Origin: Candidatus Daviesbacteria bacterium
GTDB lineage: Bacteria > Patescibacteriota > Microgenomatia > Daviesbacterales > UBA10151
Length of the DNA stretch: 64,000 nucleotides
NCBI GenBank assembly: GCA_016183305.1
Contig: JACPEW010000020.1
Coordinates: 4,247-68,246 of the forward strand
Direction: 5' to 3'
In this document: piece after piece, positions 60,289-64,000 of the stretch
Layout: the number at the start of each line of letters is the position of its first letter
Position numbering within the stretch: position 1 is the stretch's first letter
Program-made: the position numbers and the translations under genes
The notes under the pieces: generated by a model
Databases searched by the model: none
Told to the model about the DNA's origin: nothing
What the model saw: only the letters and a program-made list of their open reading frames with translations

Positions 60289-61527
60289 ATGACCAATAAA
60301 ATCTCACCTTTTACTAGCCTTAAAATACCCCATTATAGAAATTATTTAACAGGAGCATTTCTTTCTGAAATTGGTAACCAGATGCAGGTAGTAGCAATTG
60401 CCTGGCAAGTTTATGAGCTAACCAGAAATCCTGCTGCTTTAGGACTAATTGGGGTAGCTAATTTTATACCAATAATACTGTTTTCTTTAATCGCTGGACT
60501 AATAGTTGATAAAGTAGACAGGAAGAAATTACTGATTTTAAGTCAGATTACCCAGGCTGTTTTAGCATTTGTGTTATTCTTTTTAAATTTTTACCAACTA
60601 ATTAACCCAGGGGTGATTTACTTAATTTTAGTGTTTATAGCTACTGCTCAATCATTTTCTATTCCAGCAAGACAGGCAGTTATTCCACATCTTGTGCCTA
60701 AAAAATATTTTATGAATGCTGTATCTTTAGGAACCTTGCAATTTCAAGCTGCCACAATGATTGGTCCAGCCATTGCTGGTTTTTTGATTGGCGGGGCAGG
60801 GGTACAAATTGTTTATTTAATAAATGCTTTATCATTTTTGTTTTTTATTGGTTCAATTCTTTCCATTAATATCTCCTTACAAAAACACAATCAGGAGGAT
60901 ATAAAGCTGAATGTTTCCTCTATTTGGGAGGGGATTAGATTTGTGTTGACTACTCCTATTCTATACCTGACTATGATTTTAGATTTTTTGGCAACCTTTT
61001 TTGGTACAGCCACTATCTTAATGCCTGTTTTTGCCAAAGATGTGCTTCATGTAGGAGCTCAAGGCTTAGGTTTTCTCTACTGCGCTCCAGCAATTGGCGG
61101 AGTGTTGGCAGGTTTGCTGGTTGCTTCTTTGCATCATAAACTAAAACACCAAGGCAAGGTTATTGTTGGGTCAGTGGTTTTATATGGTTTGGCTACGGTT
61201 GGCTTTGGCTTGTCAACAATTTTTCCTTTGTCTTTACTATTTTTGGTATTAGTTGGTTTTGGAGATATGACTTCAACTATTATTAGGAATACTATTAGAC
61301 AGTTAATTACCCCAGACCGCTTAAGAGGTAGGATGGGTTCGGTTACCAGGATCTTTTTCCAAGGGGGGCCGCAACTAGGTGAAATAGAAGCTGGATTTTT
61401 AGCCAAAGCCATAGGCGCTCCAGCCTCTGTGGTAATTGGCGGGGTGGGAGTAGTAATGATTACTATGCTGGTTGCTTTAAAAAGCAAAGCCTTAAGAAAT
61501 TACCAGGGCAAAGATTTAGCAGTTTAG
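60289..61527 (+). CDS. MFS transporter
   Basis: GLIVDKVDRKK motif A; about 12 TMs; TPDRLRGR. Confidence 0.9.
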   Translation: MTNKISPFTSLKIPHYRNYLTGAFLSEIGNQMQVVAIAWQVYELTRNPAALGLIGVANFIPIILFSLIAGLIVDKVDRKKLLILSQITQAVLAFVLFFLNFYQLINPGVIYLILVFIATAQSFSIPARQAVIPHLVPKKYFMNAVSLGTLQFQAATMIGPAIAGFLIGGAGVQIVYLINALSFLFFIGSILSINISLQKHNQEDIKLNVSSIWEGIRFVLTTPILYLTMILDFLATFFGTATILMPVFAKDVLHVGAQGLGFLYCAPAIGGVLAGLLVASLHHKLKHQGKVIVGSVVLYGLATVGFGLSTIFPLSLLFLVLVGFGDMTSTIIRNTIRQLITPDRLRGRMGSVTRIFFQGGPQLGEIEAGFLAKAIGAPASVVIGGVGVVMITMLVALKSKALRNYQGKDLAV

Positions 61528-61541
61528 GTTAGAATACCCTC

Positions 61542-61578
61542 TTGACAACAGTTAGCACTCATTATATTATACTGCTAG
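61542..61578 (+). promoter_or_regulatory. hrcA promoter with CIRCE (perfect left arm, degenerate right arm)
   Basis: TTGACA-17-TATTAT; TTAGCACTC-N9-TACTGCTAG. Confidence 0.7.
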
Positions 61579-61581
61579 TTT

Positions 61582-62172
61582 ATGTCAGATTTAACTGATC
61601 GGCAGCAAGCACTAAGGCAGCCTCATACTTCTGCAGGCAGAGCTCCTACATCTATGGGAATGAAGTTTTATATTGCTTCCTTGATGAAGGAAAAGACCTT
61701 GCCCGTGACAGCTGAAGTTTCTATTAAAGAGAAACTGATGGCAAATAGGTTTAAGCAGGAAAGATTAGTAAAAGAAGCAGTAACAGCTTTGGCCCAGAGG
61801 TTGGATATGTTAGGTTTGGCAATTGATGATGAAGGGATAGTCTATTATGCTGGAGCTGCCAATATCTTGGATTGGCCGGAGTTTTATGATATTGATGTAA
61901 CCAGATTTGTGCTGTCTTTATTTGATGAAAACCCAAGGTTGAGGGAGATTATTGGGAAAGCAGTTGGGACTGACCCAATCCATATTTTGTTTGGTGAAGA
62001 TATGGAGTTTGAGTACCTTAGGCCAACAGGTTTTGTTTTTACAAAATATGATGCAAGAGGAGACAAAACTGGGGTTATTGGAGTGATTGGTCCAGCCAGG
62101 ATGAATTTTTCTTTAGTGTTGCCTTATGTAAAATATGTCAGGAATTTGTTAAGCGAAGCAGTTAGAATATAG
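61582..62172 (+). CDS. hrcA: HrcA repressor with in-frame deletion of the winged HTH
   Basis: MSDLTDRQQAL fused directly to RQPHTSAGRAPT; C-terminal GVIGVIGPARM. Confidence 0.85.
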   Translation: MSDLTDRQQALRQPHTSAGRAPTSMGMKFYIASLMKEKTLPVTAEVSIKEKLMANRFKQERLVKEAVTALAQRLDMLGLAIDDEGIVYYAGAANILDWPEFYDIDVTRFVLSLFDENPRLREIIGKAVGTDPIHILFGEDMEFEYLRPTGFVFTKYDARGDKTGVIGVIGPARMNFSLVLPYVKYVRNLLSEAVRI

Positions 62173-62179
62173 AATAAAT

Positions 62180-62686
62180 ATGACTAAAAAAATTGATAAA
62201 GTACAGGAACTGGAAAATAAAGTTAACGAATTGGAAGCCTTACTAAAAAGGGCAGTGGCTGATTATCATAACTTGGAAAAAAGGGTGCAGGAAGGAAGGT
62301 CAGAGTTAACCAAATGGGGTACTGGAGAATTATTAGTTAGGATTTTACCTACTTTGGATCATTTAGAACAAGCTTTAGGTGGGGCAAGTGAAGTTGACAA
62401 ACAATCAGGATGGTTTAGAGGGGTTGAGCTGGCTGTTAAAGAATTTAAAGGTGTTTTACAGTCTGAAGGTTTGGAAGAAGTTCCAACCGGAGGTGCATTT
62501 AATCCTGCTCTGCATGAGGCAGTTGACATACAGCAAGGTGATGATAATATAATTTTAAAAGTAGTAAGATGTGGGTATACTTTAAATGGTAAGGTATTAA
62601 GGCCAGCAGGAGTGGTGGTTGGCCGTAATGTCATTGCGAGCGAAGCGAAGCAATCTGGCTCAGAAGAAGGAGAAATGTCATCCTGA
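62180..62686 (+). CDS. grpE: Nucleotide exchange factor GrpE
   Basis: RAVADYHN..KR, FNPALHEA, GYTLNGKVLRPA. Confidence 0.95.
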   Translation: MTKKIDKVQELENKVNELEALLKRAVADYHNLEKRVQEGRSELTKWGTGELLVRILPTLDHLEQALGGASEVDKQSGWFRGVELAVKEFKGVLQSEGLEEVPTGGAFNPALHEAVDIQQGDDNIILKVVRCGYTLNGKVLRPAGVVVGRNVIASEAKQSGSEEGEMSS

Positions 62687-62772
62687 AGGTGTGTCATTCC
62701 CGCGTAGGCGGGAATCTAATTAACCATTTAAGATTAGTTTATAATTGGATCCCTGCATTCGCAGGGATGACA
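62629..62772. repeat. Cluster of TGTCAT...ATC REP-like palindromes (one inside the grpE 3' end)
   Basis: tgtcattgcgagcgaagcgaagcaatct; tgtcattcccgcgtaggcgggaatct; ggatccctgcattcgcagggatgaca. Confidence 0.8.
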
Positions 62773-62842
62773 GAAAAGCAGAGAAAAGAGAAAAATTATG
62801 AAATGTCCAGTTGATCAAACAGAAAAGGAGGATTAATAACTT

Positions 62843-64000
62843 ATGGCCAAAATTGTTGGTATTGATTTAGGTACAACAAATTCTTGTGTAGCAGTAATGG
62901 AGGGTGGAAAGCCCAAAGTTATTCACTCTGCTGAAGGGGAAAATATTATCCCCTCAGTTGTTAATCCTATCAAAAATATTGTAGGAAGAGTGGCTAAAAG
63001 ACAGGCAATAGTTAACCCCAAAGAAACAATCTTTTCTATTAAAAGACTGATGGGTAGGAAGTATAAAGACCCGGAAGTCCAAAGAGACCTTAAATGGCTG
63101 CCTTACACTATTAAAGAAGGCAGGGAAGGTATGGCAGTTGTTGAAGTAGAAGGCCATGAATATACGCCTCAAGAACTCTCAGCTCAAATCCTGCAAAAAA
63201 TTAAAGCAGATGCACAGTCTTATTTAGGTGAAAAAGTTACAGATGCAGTAATTACAGTTCCTGCTTACTTTGATGATGCTCAAAGACAGGCCACCAAGCA
63301 GGCTGGAGAAATTGCTGGATTAAATGTTCAAAGAATTATTAATGAGCCAACTGCTGCTGCACTAGCTTATGGCTTGGATAAATCTCATGCTCATACTATT
63401 GCTGTTTACGACCTTGGTGGAGGAACTTTTGATATTTCTGTTTTGGAGCTGGGTGATGGGGTAATTGAGGTTAAATCTACTAATGGTGATACTCACTTAG
63501 GAGGGGATGATTTTGATCAAGTAATCCTAGACTGGCTGGCTGAGGAATTTAAAAGGACTGAAGGGATTGATCTTAAGACTGACAGGCAGGCTTTGCAAAG
63601 GCTAAGGGATGCAGCTGAAAAAGCCAAGATTGAGTTGTCTTCTACTCAGGAAGCAGAAATTTCCATCCCATTTATTACTGCTGGTGAGGGCGGGCCAAAG
63701 CATTTGGAAATCAAACTATCAAGGGCAAAACTGGAAGCCATGGTTAAACCTCTTATTGATAAAACCTTTGATGCTGTCAAGTCAGCCTTAAAAGATGCAA
63801 AACTGGAAGCTTCCAAAATAGATGAGGTAGTTTTGGTGGGTGGTATGACCAGAATGCCCCTCTGTCAAAAAGCTGTCCAGGATTTCTTTGGAAAAGAACC
63901 ACACAAAGGTATTAATCCAGATGAAGTGGTGGCAGTAGGTGCTGCAATTCAAGGTGGAGTCTTGGGTGGGGAAGTTAAAGATGTATTGCTTTTGGATGTG
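62843..64000 (+). CDS. dnaK: Chaperone DnaK (runs off the window)
   Basis: [47 protein letters not shown]. Confidence 0.98.
   Translation, partial: MAKIVGIDLGTTNSCVAVMEGGKPKVIHSAEGENIIPSVVNPIKNIVGRVAKRQAIVNPKETIFSIKRLMGRKYKDPEVQRDLKWLPYTIKEGREGMAVVEVEGHEYTPQELSAQILQKIKADAQSYLGEKVTDAVITVPAYFDDAQRQATKQAGEIAGLNVQRIINEPTAAALAYGLDKSHAHTIAVYDLGGGTFDISVLELGDGVIEVKSTNGDTHLGGDDFDQVILDWLAEEFKRTEGIDLKTDRQALQRLRDAAEKAKIELSSTQEAEISIPFITAGEGGPKHLEIKLSRAKLEAMVKPLIDKTFDAVKSALKDAKLEASKIDEVVLVGGMTRMPLCQKAVQDFFGKEPHKGINPDEVVAVGAAIQGGVLGGEVKDVLLLDV

Overview
AT-rich bacterial chromosome segment using genetic code 11. Gene content and style (short TpiA/HolA/NAD kinase, PilN/PilO, PEGA and dockerin surface proteins, frequent TATAAT a few nt before ATG) suggest a Patescibacteria/CPR (Microgenomates-like) genome; this is inference, not a database result. 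The core backbone includes ahcY, a PfkB kinase, ung, murB, groES-groEL, metG, pepP, pcrA, tpiA, rpsT, murJ, lepA, an S66 peptidase, NAD kinase and hrcA-grpE-dnaK (dnaK truncated at the window edge). It is interspersed with at least seven toxin-antitoxin modules, many decaying, and several pseudogenes. Main findings: (1) an integrase-free stack of cassettes between lepA and the S66 peptidase gene, delimited by alternating, mostly synonymously diverged copies of the lepA 3' end and the peptidase 5' end, with a similar duplicated 3' end at ahcY; (2) a thioredoxin whose WCGPC active site is split by a 475-aa LAGLIDADG intein; (3) a SAM-I-like riboswitch with terminator upstream of an orphan ORF; (4) an HrcA lacking its DNA-binding HTH, with degenerate CIRCE boxes; (5) small palindromic and 7-mer repeats inserted in frame in conserved proteins. 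No rRNA, tRNA or CRISPR array was seen.
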